Part shown: positions 54,052-63,549 of the stretch, piece after piece
How positions within the stretch are numbered: position 1 is the first letter of the stretch
Layout of the letters: each line of letters starts with the position of its first letter
NCBI GenBank assembly: GCA_964512985.1
Contig: CAZELI010000001.1
Span: 31,191 to 95,190, forward strand
Origin: an uncultured Gammaproteobacteria bacterium
GTDB taxonomy: Bacteria > Cyanobacteriota > Vampirovibrionia > LMEP-6097
Direction of reading: 5' to 3'
Length of the DNA stretch: 64,000 nucleotides
Made by a program: the position numbers and the translations under genes
The notes under the pieces: model-generated
Told to the model about the DNA's origin: nothing
Databases searched by the model: none
The model's input: only the letters and a program-made list of their open reading frames with translations

Positions 54052-55686
54052 TTTCTCTTCAAACCCTTTTATAAATTTGTTTATATCAGCTAACGGAGAG
54101 TTTAGAATCTGTTCTCTAAAACTATGACACTCTGATATCAGTTCAATATTATTTGCCATTGCCACTGCTTTACTTACATACTCGGCATCACTGTTTGCAA
54201 CACAAGCATTTATAAATTTAGGGTCTTTAATGTGTCTAAATGGTCCAAGTATCATTCTAGTAAAAAATGTTTCTCCTAGTCTGGAGATAACTGGTTTACC
54301 CATACAGAAAGCATCTAGGGTGGTATAACCACCTTGGTAGGGATATGTATCCAAGGCGATGTCAATTTGATTATAGCTTTCATAGTATTCTTGAGAATCT
54401 TTTCTTTCTTCTAAAATTACTCTAGTTTTTTCAACGCCCTTGGCTTGAAAAATATCCCAAATCTCATCACAAACAGTAGGATCTTTTAAGGCTAGTCCAT
54501 GTATCATAATGATCGAATTATCAGTCTGTGAGAGGATTTCAGCCCAAAGAATAAGTATACTTATTGATACTTTTTCAAAACGATTAAAACAACCAAAGCT
54601 AATATAACCATTCTTAATGAAGGGAGGCTCTTGCATTGCAGGTAATTCAACTCTTGGTTTATAAAACACTGAATCAAACTCTATCACCTCTTCTGAAGCA
54701 TATCGTTTTTCTTCATCTGAGAACATATCAGGAGTTGTGAAAAGATATTCTATTTCTTTTAAGCCTGAAGATAGATGCGCTATCCAACTTATTTGGATTG
54801 GAGCTGGTTTAAGAGCCAGAATCTCAAAACAAGAATCAAGCGTGAATGTAGCAAAATCTAGAATAATATCTATGCTATCTTGAAAAATTTGATTAGCAAC
54901 TTCAGTTAATGTTAATCCAGATAAATTTTTGAAATTGGATATTTTTTTATAGAACTCTGTCCCAGAATCTTCTGTGCTGCCAATATGGTAACAGTAGACG
55001 GAGAATTTTTTATGGTCTATTGCCTCAATCAATTCACTCAGCCAGTATTCTACCATTGACATTGAAGCATTATTACTAAATGCAGGAGAAATGAAAGCGA
55101 TCTTGAGTATCTTGTCCTTACTAAAGTCATGATTTTTAAAGTTATGATTATTAAAAGGCAAGTTTGCGATTCTTTTATATGTGATCTCTTGATACTTGTT
55201 CACTAATGCTTTGCAAGTTTGTTGTGAAAATCCGTGGGTATATGCCATAAGCACTAATTCAGCAAGAAATTTTTGATTCTCTGGAAGAAGTTGATGCGCT
55301 TCGTATATGAGCTTAAATGCTTCTTCTATATTTCCTAGGCATTTGTGAGCAAAGCCTAAAGAATAGAGTGCTTTTATATGTGTCCCTAGTTTTAATTCAT
55401 CCTCAAAATATGATAGGCAGAGTTTGTAATACCTAGTTCTAGAAAGAATATAACCTATGTGATAATTGATCTCAGGTAGCTTTGGATCGACTGAATGTGC
55501 TTTAAGGAAGAATTCCAGCGCTTTGGGGTAATTACTGTAAGCATCGAAGTATATTAGTCCTACTTTATAATTCACATACTCATCATTAGGATGGGTATGT
55601 AGATATTTTTCATAGTTTGCTAACGCTAGATTATAATGCTTCTCTTTTAGGTTTTGTTTAGCCTTTTCAAGCAATTCTTGCGTCAT
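54028..55686 (-). CDS. TPR + GT41 (SPINDLY/OGT-like) glycosyltransferase, most divergent paralogue
   Basis: TPR-like N-terminal third. C-terminal blocks KIAFISPAF, APIQISWIAHLSSGL, NGYISFGCFNRFEK and DIALDTYPYQGGYTT are collinear with the four downstream modules. Confidence 0.75.
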   Translation of the reverse strand: MTQELLEKAKQNLKEKHYNLALANYEKYLHTHPNDEYVNYKVGLIYFDAYSNYPKALEFFLKAHSVDPKLPEINYHIGYILSRTRYYKLCLSYFEDELKLGTHIKALYSLGFAHKCLGNIEEAFKLIYEAHQLLPENQKFLAELVLMAYTHGFSQQTCKALVNKYQEITYKRIANLPFNNHNFKNHDFSKDKILKIAFISPAFSNNASMSMVEYWLSELIEAIDHKKFSVYCYHIGSTEDSGTEFYKKISNFKNLSGLTLTEVANQIFQDSIDIILDFATFTLDSCFEILALKPAPIQISWIAHLSSGLKEIEYLFTTPDMFSDEEKRYASEEVIEFDSVFYKPRVELPAMQEPPFIKNGYISFGCFNRFEKVSISILILWAEILSQTDNSIIMIHGLALKDPTVCDEIWDIFQAKGVEKTRVILEERKDSQEYYESYNQIDIALDTYPYQGGYTTLDAFCMGKPVISRLGETFFTRMILGPFRHIKDPKFINACVANSDAEYVSKAVAMANNIELISECHSFREQILNSPLADINKFIKGFEEKLREIWWR

Positions 55687-55716
55687 AATACAAGTTTATG
55701 CGAGAAATTACTTTTA

Positions 55717-55794
55717 GGCATCCTACAAAACGAAGTTTTGTTAGTGATGCCGCTCGAAAAAAGGTGGCAACCGCGCGGAACGCGCGTGTTGCCA
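55717..55794. repeat. Two strong GAA-loop hairpins in a divergent intergenic region
   Basis: The first is GGCATC..ACAAAAC-GAA-GTTTTGT..GATGCC (55717-55751). The second is TGGCAACCGCGCG-GAA-CGCGCG(T)GTTGCCA (55765-55794), 13 bp with one bulge. Confidence 0.5.
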
Positions 55795-55844
55795 TTAGAG
55801 ATAATTTCAATTTTTGCAGGAAGTCTACTGTATACTGAAGTTAG

Positions 55845-56516
55845 ATGTCTAAAATTAAAACAGTTTTTATCACAGGAGCCAGCAGAGGAATAGGTTTGGC
55901 TCTGAGTGATTTTTATAAAGATTCAGGATATAACGTTATTGCTCCGACAAGAGATGATATGGACCTCTCTTCTATAGCGAGCATTAAAGCATATCTCAAT
56001 AATAATGATCATGAGGTAGATATTCTTATCAATAATGCTGGCATTAATAATATTGCTGCTATTGAGAATATGAACATTGAGCAGTGGCAGCAAATTGTGC
56101 AAGTAAACCTTAACGCAGCATTTTTATTAATGCAACATTATGCACCAGCTATGGCTAAGCGCAAGTGGGGACGTATAACTAATATTAGTTCTTGTTTTGC
56201 TCTTGTTTCTAAGACTGGTAGATCTGCGTATACTGCTTCTAAAGCAGCTCTCGTCGGTCTGACTAAAACAGCAGCTATAGAGTTTGCTCAGTATAATGTT
56301 TTGGTGAATGCTGTTTGCCCTGGCTTTATTGAAACAGAAATGACCCATCAAAACAATAATAATCAGCAAATTCAAGAGATCTGTAAATCTATTCCTATCG
56401 GGCGGCTTGCTAGTCCTGAGGAACTCATTGGTCTTGTTGAGTATCTAAACTCTGATAAAAATACTTATTTAACTGGACAAGATCTTGTTATTGATGGAGG
56501 CTTCACGACACAGTAA
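55845..56516 (+). CDS. Classical short-chain dehydrogenase/reductase (FabG-like)
   Basis: TGASRGIGLAL, NNAG and YTASKAAL motifs. Confidence 0.85.
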   Translation: MSKIKTVFITGASRGIGLALSDFYKDSGYNVIAPTRDDMDLSSIASIKAYLNNNDHEVDILINNAGINNIAAIENMNIEQWQQIVQVNLNAAFLLMQHYAPAMAKRKWGRITNISSCFALVSKTGRSAYTASKAALVGLTKTAAIEFAQYNVLVNAVCPGFIETEMTHQNNNNQQIQEICKSIPIGRLASPEELIGLVEYLNSDKNTYLTGQDLVIDGGFTTQ

Positions 56517-59500
56517 TTTCTCTCTGCAAATCGCTTCCCACATGTCTCTGATGGCTTTTTCAAAAAGTGCTATGTGTTTATCAATATTCAAATTAGATGC
56601 AAGCATATCAGCTTTAAGTCTCTTACGATATTGATTTAATCTATTTGTATCTTCAGCCAATTCTACTGCTTTATTAATGTATTCACCCCAATTTGTTGTT
56701 ATTAATTCATCATGTTTAATAGTTCGTAATAGAGAGCTGGAGAAGCGAGATGCCCATCCATTACCTTCTCTGGTAACTATAGGCACTCCCATGTGGAAAG
56801 CTTCTACGGTAGTGGTGCTACCACCGTATGGAAACGAATCCAATGCTATATCTATATCATTGTAGGTCTGCAAGAAATCAAACCTTTCTTTAGTAGATCG
56901 AATTATTAATCTTGAGTTATCAATCCCGTATCCTTGGAATACTTTGTATAAATAGTTTGCACAGTCTTCTGATATAAGATCTTGTGTGTCAAATATAATT
57001 TTTGATTCAGGTACTTGCTTTAGTATTTTAGCCCATACCTCAAATAAGTCTTCTGAAAGCTTATGGTAGCTGTTCATTGATCCAAAAGTTATGTAGCCAT
57101 TTTTGATATAAGGGGCTTCCTTAGAGGATTCTGGCATCCATGGTAGATCACAATGAGTTTGAGCATCAGGAAACATATAGATCTTTTCTGTGTAATATTT
57201 TTCTTCATCTTCTCTGATTACGTGGGGATTTGCAAAAATGAAGTCTATCTCTGGAATAGCAAGAGTTCCGAAATACCCAACGTGACTGACTTGTACTGGT
57301 GCAGGTTTGTATTTAAAAACCTCTAAACGCTCACCACGAGTGTATCCTGAGCAATCAAATAATACGTCAATGCCTCTTAATGTCATTAATTGAGCTACTT
57401 CTAAACTGGAAATTTTATGAATGGAAGTAAAGGAGTCACTTAATTCTTTGAATTTATCGGTAATTATATCATGCTTAATATTAGAGTGATATAAATGTAT
57501 TTCAAATTTATCCCTGTTCAAATGCTCTAGTAAACTCCATAAATAAAAAGCAGCAGGATGACCATTAAGATCTCCAGATACGAAGCCTATTTTTAATTTA
57601 GTCTTATTGATATCGTATTGAAAGTTAATATTTAACGGTTGAATATGAGACAAATAAAGCTCATGATATTTTTTTGACAGTTCGAGCAATTCAGACAGGG
57701 TTGTAGAAGAATCTTTATGCTTCACAAATATTAAACTGCTTAAGTAGTTTTTAAATTTAGGATTAAGTTCGTAAGCGAGACGATAATACTTAATTGCATC
57801 AGAGTGTATACCGAACCTTGCCGAAGCATCGCCAATACAAGCGTTAATGTAGGCATTATCAGGATCTAAATTAAGAGCTTTATATCCATATACTAGTGCG
57901 TCAATGTGTTGAGAATCTTTTGATAATATTATACTTATTTGATTGTAAATATCACTTTGATTCGGATTCTGCTGAATTGATTGCAAGTAGAGCTCTAAGG
58001 CTTTAGCTGGTTCTTTGACAGCCTCAAGTTTTCTGGCACACCAGTTTAATTCTAGCTCAGGATGTTCACACTTACTTAGCCACATGTCTTTGAGAGATTT
58101 AATATATTTTTCTATATATGATTGAATATTGAAGGAAGAGTTTGTGATCTCGGTTTTTAAACTGAGTCTGTATTTTTTTAATTGATCAATGTCAGCTGCT
58201 AATTTTATTGCTTTATTAATGTAAGCATCTAGATCATTCACTATTAGCTCATTGAGACCTAAGTTTTTTAATATAGAGTATGTAAATCTTGATATCCATC
58301 TATCTCCTTCTTGGGTGATTACTGGAACACCCATTAGCAGAGCTTCCATGCTAGTAGTAGCTCCACCGTACGGGAAGGGATCTAATGCTATATCTATATT
58401 GTTATAGTTTCGTAAAAAATCTCCCCTATCTCTTGTTGATTGAATAATAACTCTACTTGGATCTAGACCTTGCTCAGAAAATTTCGACATGAAATATTCT
58501 CGGGTTGAATGTTCATGTAAACCTACGGCATCTATTAATATTCTAGAACCAGGAACTTGTTTAAGGATCTGAGCCCAGGTTTGTATTACTTCTTCGCTGA
58601 TTTTATGTAAGGTGTTTAGAGATCCAAACGTAATAAATCCATTGCGCAGATAAGGTATTTCATCTGTAGCTTGAGGTAGGTCTGGAATTGCAGCATGAGA
58701 ATAGAACCCCTCCATTTTATATACTTTTTCGATGAAACAAGCTTCTTCTTCCTTGGTAAGCATTTGCTGATCAGCAAGAACATAATCCATTTCAGGCATT
58801 GCAAGGGTGCCAAAATAGCCCATTTGTGATATTTGTAGAGGAGCAGGCTTAAGAGTGAAAATTCCTAAACGCTCTCCATAAGTTAATCCTGAAAGGTCTA
58901 CCAAAATATCTATTCCATCAGTTGTGATAAGTTCTGCAGCTTTTTTGTCATCTAGTCCTTTTATGAAACTGAGTCTCTGAGAATTCTTCATAAGGATTTC
59001 TGTATGTTCATCCCGTTTATCTCCATTGTAGTAAAGAAAGATTTCAAACTGTTCCTTATCTAAATTTTCCAATACTGGGATTAGATAGTATGCAATAGGG
59101 TGTCTATAGAAATCTGCAGAAACAAACCCTAACTTGAACTTAGTTTTAGTGGAATCTAATCTAGCTTGATGATCAGGCGGGATTTCATTATTGGACAAAA
59201 ATTTCTCATAGAAAATTTTCGTATTATTCGTTATATCTTTTGGCTTTAGACTAAGATCTTTATGACATAAGAAAATGCAGCTTAATAAATATTCCTTAGA
59301 TTGTGGGTTTAATTCAAATGCTTTAAAACAAAGCTCTTTAGCACGCAGGCTATAACCTAATTTATAGTTTATTACAGCAAGATGTGCATGTAATTCTGCA
59401 TCATCTTTCATGACTTCAATCAGTGGTGATAAATATTTATAAGCTTGTAAGTAAGAATTGCCTTCTAAGTATAATGAGCCAAGTCTGTTATGGAGATCGG

Positions 59501-59810
59501 GTTCTTGGTTGCCTAAGTCAACTGACTTTTGGTAAAAACTAATAGCCTCAGCTTTTTTATTTGCACCATCCAAAGCTAACCCCATAAGGTAAGTAGCAAA
59601 CATATCTTGTGGATTAACATTGAGAGCATTTTGTAATTTATCAATAGCCTTATCAAAATTACCTTGTTTTATATATAGTTCACCAAGCAAAGCATAAGGC
59701 TGAATATCATTTGTTTTGATTTTTAATGCTTCATGCAAGCATAGTTCGGCTTCAGCAAATTTAGCTTCGTCTAGTAACCTTGCACCTTGAATTATTTTCT
59801 CTTTAAACAT
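56469..59810 (-). CDS. Tandem double TPR + GT41 glycosyltransferase (two complete modules fused, 1113 aa)
   Basis: Blocks K(L/I)GFVS.D...HP, D(I/V)L.D.SG.T.GERL..F..KPAP.Q.S, NG(F/Y)ITFGS.N..HK and DIALD.FPYGG.TT each occur twice. The first module ends ..KDMWLSKC, like the C-termini of single-module paralogues. Confidence 0.8.
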   Translation of the reverse strand: MFKEKIIQGARLLDEAKFAEAELCLHEALKIKTNDIQPYALLGELYIKQGNFDKAIDKLQNALNVNPQDMFATYLMGLALDGANKKAEAISFYQKSVDLGNQEPDLHNRLGSLYLEGNSYLQAYKYLSPLIEVMKDDAELHAHLAVINYKLGYSLRAKELCFKAFELNPQSKEYLLSCIFLCHKDLSLKPKDITNNTKIFYEKFLSNNEIPPDHQARLDSTKTKFKLGFVSADFYRHPIAYYLIPVLENLDKEQFEIFLYYNGDKRDEHTEILMKNSQRLSFIKGLDDKKAAELITTDGIDILVDLSGLTYGERLGIFTLKPAPLQISQMGYFGTLAMPEMDYVLADQQMLTKEEEACFIEKVYKMEGFYSHAAIPDLPQATDEIPYLRNGFITFGSLNTLHKISEEVIQTWAQILKQVPGSRILIDAVGLHEHSTREYFMSKFSEQGLDPSRVIIQSTRDRGDFLRNYNNIDIALDPFPYGGATTSMEALLMGVPVITQEGDRWISRFTYSILKNLGLNELIVNDLDAYINKAIKLAADIDQLKKYRLSLKTEITNSSFNIQSYIEKYIKSLKDMWLSKCEHPELELNWCARKLEAVKEPAKALELYLQSIQQNPNQSDIYNQISIILSKDSQHIDALVYGYKALNLDPDNAYINACIGDASARFGIHSDAIKYYRLAYELNPKFKNYLSSLIFVKHKDSSTTLSELLELSKKYHELYLSHIQPLNINFQYDINKTKLKIGFVSGDLNGHPAAFYLWSLLEHLNRDKFEIHLYHSNIKHDIITDKFKELSDSFTSIHKISSLEVAQLMTLRGIDVLFDCSGYTRGERLEVFKYKPAPVQVSHVGYFGTLAIPEIDFIFANPHVIREDEEKYYTEKIYMFPDAQTHCDLPWMPESSKEAPYIKNGYITFGSMNSYHKLSEDLFEVWAKILKQVPESKIIFDTQDLISEDCANYLYKVFQGYGIDNSRLIIRSTKERFDFLQTYNDIDIALDSFPYGGSTTTVEAFHMGVPIVTREGNGWASRFSSSLLRTIKHDELITTNWGEYINKAVELAEDTNRLNQYRKRLKADMLASNLNIDKHIALFEKAIRDMWEAICREKLLCREASINNKILSS

Positions 59811-61584
59811 CTGGCCTTATTTTTTTGCATTGTATTAACCACATATCTCTTATCGCCTGTTCAAAATTCAGAGTATGTTTATTTATATTCAATTCTGAAG
59901 CTTCTAATTTGGTTTTTAAACATTGTCGATAAGATCTAAGACGTTCTATGTCTACAGCTAATCCTGTAGCTTTAAGCTTATAGTCTTCTTGATCCTTAGC
60001 GATTAATTCAGGATAGCCGCAAGCTCTTAAGCAGCCAGATGTATGTCTTGCCATCCATCTGTCACCGTCGATGCTGATAACAGGGACATTCATTAAGAGA
60101 CTTTCTAGAGTGGTAGTACCTCCTCCATATGGAAATGGATCTAAAGCTATGTCTATATCATTATAACTTTCAAGAAATTCGGAGCGCGGTTGTGAAGATC
60201 TAATAATTAATCTTGATGTGTCAACTCCATTGCGGGTGAAAATATTTGTTAAATAATTTTTTGCTGACTCTGCTCCTAATGAGCGATTGTTAAACAGTAT
60301 TTTGGAATTAGGAATAGTCTTAATTATGTTAGCCCACATTGCAAGTACATCTGGTGATAGTTTATGGAATGAATTCATGATGCCGAAGGTGATATAACCG
60401 TTACGATCATAAGGTAGTGAGGTACTCGGCTCAGGCATATCATAGAGTCCAGCATGGCAGCAAATATCAGGAAATTTATAGACGGTTTCTGTAAAGTATT
60501 TTTCTTCCCCTTCATGCACTAGACCATTATCAGCTATGATGAAGTCCATTTGTGGCATTCCAAGGGTTGCAAAGTAACCTACATAACTAACTTGGACAGG
60601 TGCTGGTTTAATCTTGAAAATACCTAATCGTGCGCCTTTGGTATAGCCAGAAAGATCAAACAGAACATCTATTTCATCTTGTGCGATTAATTGAGCAGCT
60701 TCTAAGTCAGTCATTTTAGTAATGATTTTGAAATCTTTGCTTAGTGCTTTAATTTTCTCGGTAATATTATCCTGATACTCATTAGCTGAATAAATATATA
60801 TATCAAACAATTCTTTATTCATTAATTCAAATACTTGATACATAAGGGCACTAACAGGGTGGGTGCGCATATCTGCTGAAACAAATCCAACTTTAAATTT
60901 GGTTTTATTAGGATCTAACCTTGAATTAACATCTATATCTAAATTACCTTTGGTAATCTCAATAAATTTATGATAAAACTTTTGTCCTAATTCTAGGAAG
61001 TCTTTTGGCCCTCTTGCGGGATTCTTATGCGCTTGAAATACTAAGCAACTAAGGTATTTGCTGCTTTGTGGATCTAGCTCTACTGCTAAACTATAGTGCT
61101 TTTCAGCTAAGTCGTATAATCCTATATTTTTTGCAGTGAAGGCTATATTGTTGTGAATAACAGCATCCTCTGGATTAAATTCTAGGGCTTTAAACATATA
61201 AGGTAGGGCTTCAAAATCTCTTGCGTCCTTGGCTAAGGCTCTGCCTAAACAGTCATAAATATGTCCCTGTTTGGGATTTATAGATAAAGATTGCTTGTAT
61301 GTTTCTATGGCTTCAGTGTAATGGCAAGATTTTTCATAGGCATAACCTAGACGTGAAATGATCTCAAAGTCATGCGGTTCACGTTTAAGTGATTTCTCAA
61401 AACACTCAATTGCTTCATCGTATTTTTTCTGCTCAAGGTATACTTGTCCGAGAATATTTAAGGCTTGAACCTCTGAGGGATTTTTCCTTAGAGTTTTTTT
61501 TAATAAATCTACGGCATCGTCTAAGCATGATTTATTAATAAACTCAAGTGATTTTTTGATAGCAGCATTAGCAATTTTAACCAT
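59803..61584 (-). CDS. TPR + GT41 (SPINDLY/OGT-like) glycosyltransferase
   Basis: Same conserved blocks (FKVGFVSADMRTHP, DVLFDLSGYTKGARLGIFKIKPAPVQVS, DIALDPFPYGGGTT). The 3' end overlaps the next gene start by 8 bp. Confidence 0.8.
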   Translation of the reverse strand: MVKIANAAIKKSLEFINKSCLDDAVDLLKKTLRKNPSEVQALNILGQVYLEQKKYDEAIECFEKSLKREPHDFEIISRLGYAYEKSCHYTEAIETYKQSLSINPKQGHIYDCLGRALAKDARDFEALPYMFKALEFNPEDAVIHNNIAFTAKNIGLYDLAEKHYSLAVELDPQSSKYLSCLVFQAHKNPARGPKDFLELGQKFYHKFIEITKGNLDIDVNSRLDPNKTKFKVGFVSADMRTHPVSALMYQVFELMNKELFDIYIYSANEYQDNITEKIKALSKDFKIITKMTDLEAAQLIAQDEIDVLFDLSGYTKGARLGIFKIKPAPVQVSYVGYFATLGMPQMDFIIADNGLVHEGEEKYFTETVYKFPDICCHAGLYDMPEPSTSLPYDRNGYITFGIMNSFHKLSPDVLAMWANIIKTIPNSKILFNNRSLGAESAKNYLTNIFTRNGVDTSRLIIRSSQPRSEFLESYNDIDIALDPFPYGGGTTTLESLLMNVPVISIDGDRWMARHTSGCLRACGYPELIAKDQEDYKLKATGLAVDIERLRSYRQCLKTKLEASELNINKHTLNFEQAIRDMWLIQCKKIRPDV

Positions 61585-61738
61585 GGAAAGTCAGACCATA
61601 AATGGTAATCATAGATAACTTACCCTACTGCTTTTGGGCATCTCTATACTTATAGGATGATCAAGCTTAATCATTGAGTCTAGTCCAATAAGCCTAGATG
61701 CTTGACTAGTCTTGGATCATATAGAATAGCTTGCCTTT

Positions 61739-63523
61739 ATGCTGCTTGGGAATTATAGTTATATGCCGAAAAGTCTTAACGCTTCGATAAACGAGTCGCT
61801 GAAGCTTGTTACTAAATCTAAGATTAAAGAGGCGATTAGTCTTTTAAAGGATATAGTACGGCGCTATCCTTCAAATATCGATCCTTTGCTTTTTTTGGGA
61901 GAGCTTTGTTTAAAGCATGGAGAATGCTCAGCAGCTGAACAGTATCTAAAGCAAGCTTTGAAGCTTGATAGTAAAAATACTATGACTCATTTTTATCTTG
62001 GATTAGCTTATGAGAAAAATGAGAATAATAAGTTGGCTTTTCATCACTATAGAGAGTCGTTGAATATTGATCCTAATCAATCAGATGTTTTGCATAGTAT
62101 TGCAAAGGTGATTATGCATGATGGACAGAATATGGCAGCTTACCACTATTTTGAGAAGGCTTATAAGATGAATCCTAATGACATCAATCTCAATTCAGAT
62201 ATGGCTTTTGTTTGCCACTCTCTTGGCAGGGCATCTGAGTCAGCAGCTTTCTATAGAAAATTAATTAATTTAGCTCCGCAGGATAAGCATTACTTAAGTA
62301 GTTATATTTTTGCTGGACATAAAGATGCATCCTGTACTTTGCAAGATCTTAAAAATTCCGCAGAATTATATTATGAGAGGCATATAAATAATCAAAATGA
62401 GACGCTAAGCATTGATCACTCAGTTAAGCTTGATATTAATAAGAAGAATTTTAGGATAGGTTTTGTTTCTGGTGATTTTAATCGACATCCAGCTGGGTTT
62501 TCTTTGTATGCAGTTTTAGAAAAATTAGCTAAAGATCATCAACTATATCTTTATTACAATGACAAGAGAAGAGATGATTTAACAGAAATATATGAAAATT
62601 TAGCAACTAAATTTACTAATATTAAAGAAGTAGATAGTCTTAGTGCGGCAAAATTGATTGTCCAAGATGAGATCGATATACTATTTGACCTTTCTGGTTT
62701 TACTAAGGGTGAAAGATTGGAGATATTCAAGCATAGACCAGCACCATTGCAAATATCATACTTAGGATATTTTGGTACTCTAGGAATGAAGGAGATCGAT
62801 TACTTGATCGCTGATCACTGTACTATTCAAGATGATGAAGATCAATTCTATACAGAAAAAATCTATAAGTTTGAAAACTATTCCTATCATTCTAGCTTGC
62901 ATGCTATTCCAGAGCATGCAATTCAACCTCCTTGCATAACTAATGGATATGTAACCTTGGGATCTTTAAATACTTTTCATAAAATATCCAATACCGTATT
63001 AGGTACTTGGATCAGCATCTTAAGGCAGATACCAAATTCTAGATTATTGTTTGATTCGAGAAATATGATCTCAGTAACTGATCAAGAATATTTTATAAAT
63101 TTATTTGTAAACAATGGCATAGCTAAAGAACGTTTAACCTTCAGAGCCACAGTAGATCGCGAAAAATTCTTGCAATGCTACGACGAGATAGATATTGCTT
63201 TAGATCCTTTTCCATACACTGGTGCTACTACTACTACCGAAAGTTTATTAATGGGAGTTCCTATAGTAACCTTGTTTGGTAATAAGTGGTCTGGGCGTTT
63301 TTCTAGCTCCATACTTAAGACCATCGGACATGAAGAATTGGTGGCATATAGTATTGAAGAATACCAAAATAAGATCATTGCTTTAGCAAATGATAAAGAG
63401 AGATTGAAACATTATAAAAGGATCTTGAAAACAGATGTTCATAGTTCACCGATGAATATAGATTGTTTTATGTCTGAATTCAATAAAGCATTAGTGAAAA
63501 TGTGGCAGAGTAAATGCGCATAA
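61739..63523 (+). CDS. TPR + GT41 (SPINDLY/OGT-like) glycosyltransferase
   Basis: Same conserved blocks (FRIGFVSGDFNRHP, DILFDLSGFTKGERLEIFKHRPAPLQIS, DIALDPFPYTGATT). The start may instead be the ATG at 61763. Confidence 0.8.
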   Translation: MLLGNYSYMPKSLNASINESLKLVTKSKIKEAISLLKDIVRRYPSNIDPLLFLGELCLKHGECSAAEQYLKQALKLDSKNTMTHFYLGLAYEKNENNKLAFHHYRESLNIDPNQSDVLHSIAKVIMHDGQNMAAYHYFEKAYKMNPNDINLNSDMAFVCHSLGRASESAAFYRKLINLAPQDKHYLSSYIFAGHKDASCTLQDLKNSAELYYERHINNQNETLSIDHSVKLDINKKNFRIGFVSGDFNRHPAGFSLYAVLEKLAKDHQLYLYYNDKRRDDLTEIYENLATKFTNIKEVDSLSAAKLIVQDEIDILFDLSGFTKGERLEIFKHRPAPLQISYLGYFGTLGMKEIDYLIADHCTIQDDEDQFYTEKIYKFENYSYHSSLHAIPEHAIQPPCITNGYVTLGSLNTFHKISNTVLGTWISILRQIPNSRLLFDSRNMISVTDQEYFINLFVNNGIAKERLTFRATVDREKFLQCYDEIDIALDPFPYTGATTTTESLLMGVPIVTLFGNKWSGRFSSSILKTIGHEELVAYSIEEYQNKIIALANDKERLKHYKRILKTDVHSSPMNIDCFMSEFNKALVKMWQSKCA

Positions 63524-63549
63524 TGTATTAATAGTGTATTATTAAGCTG

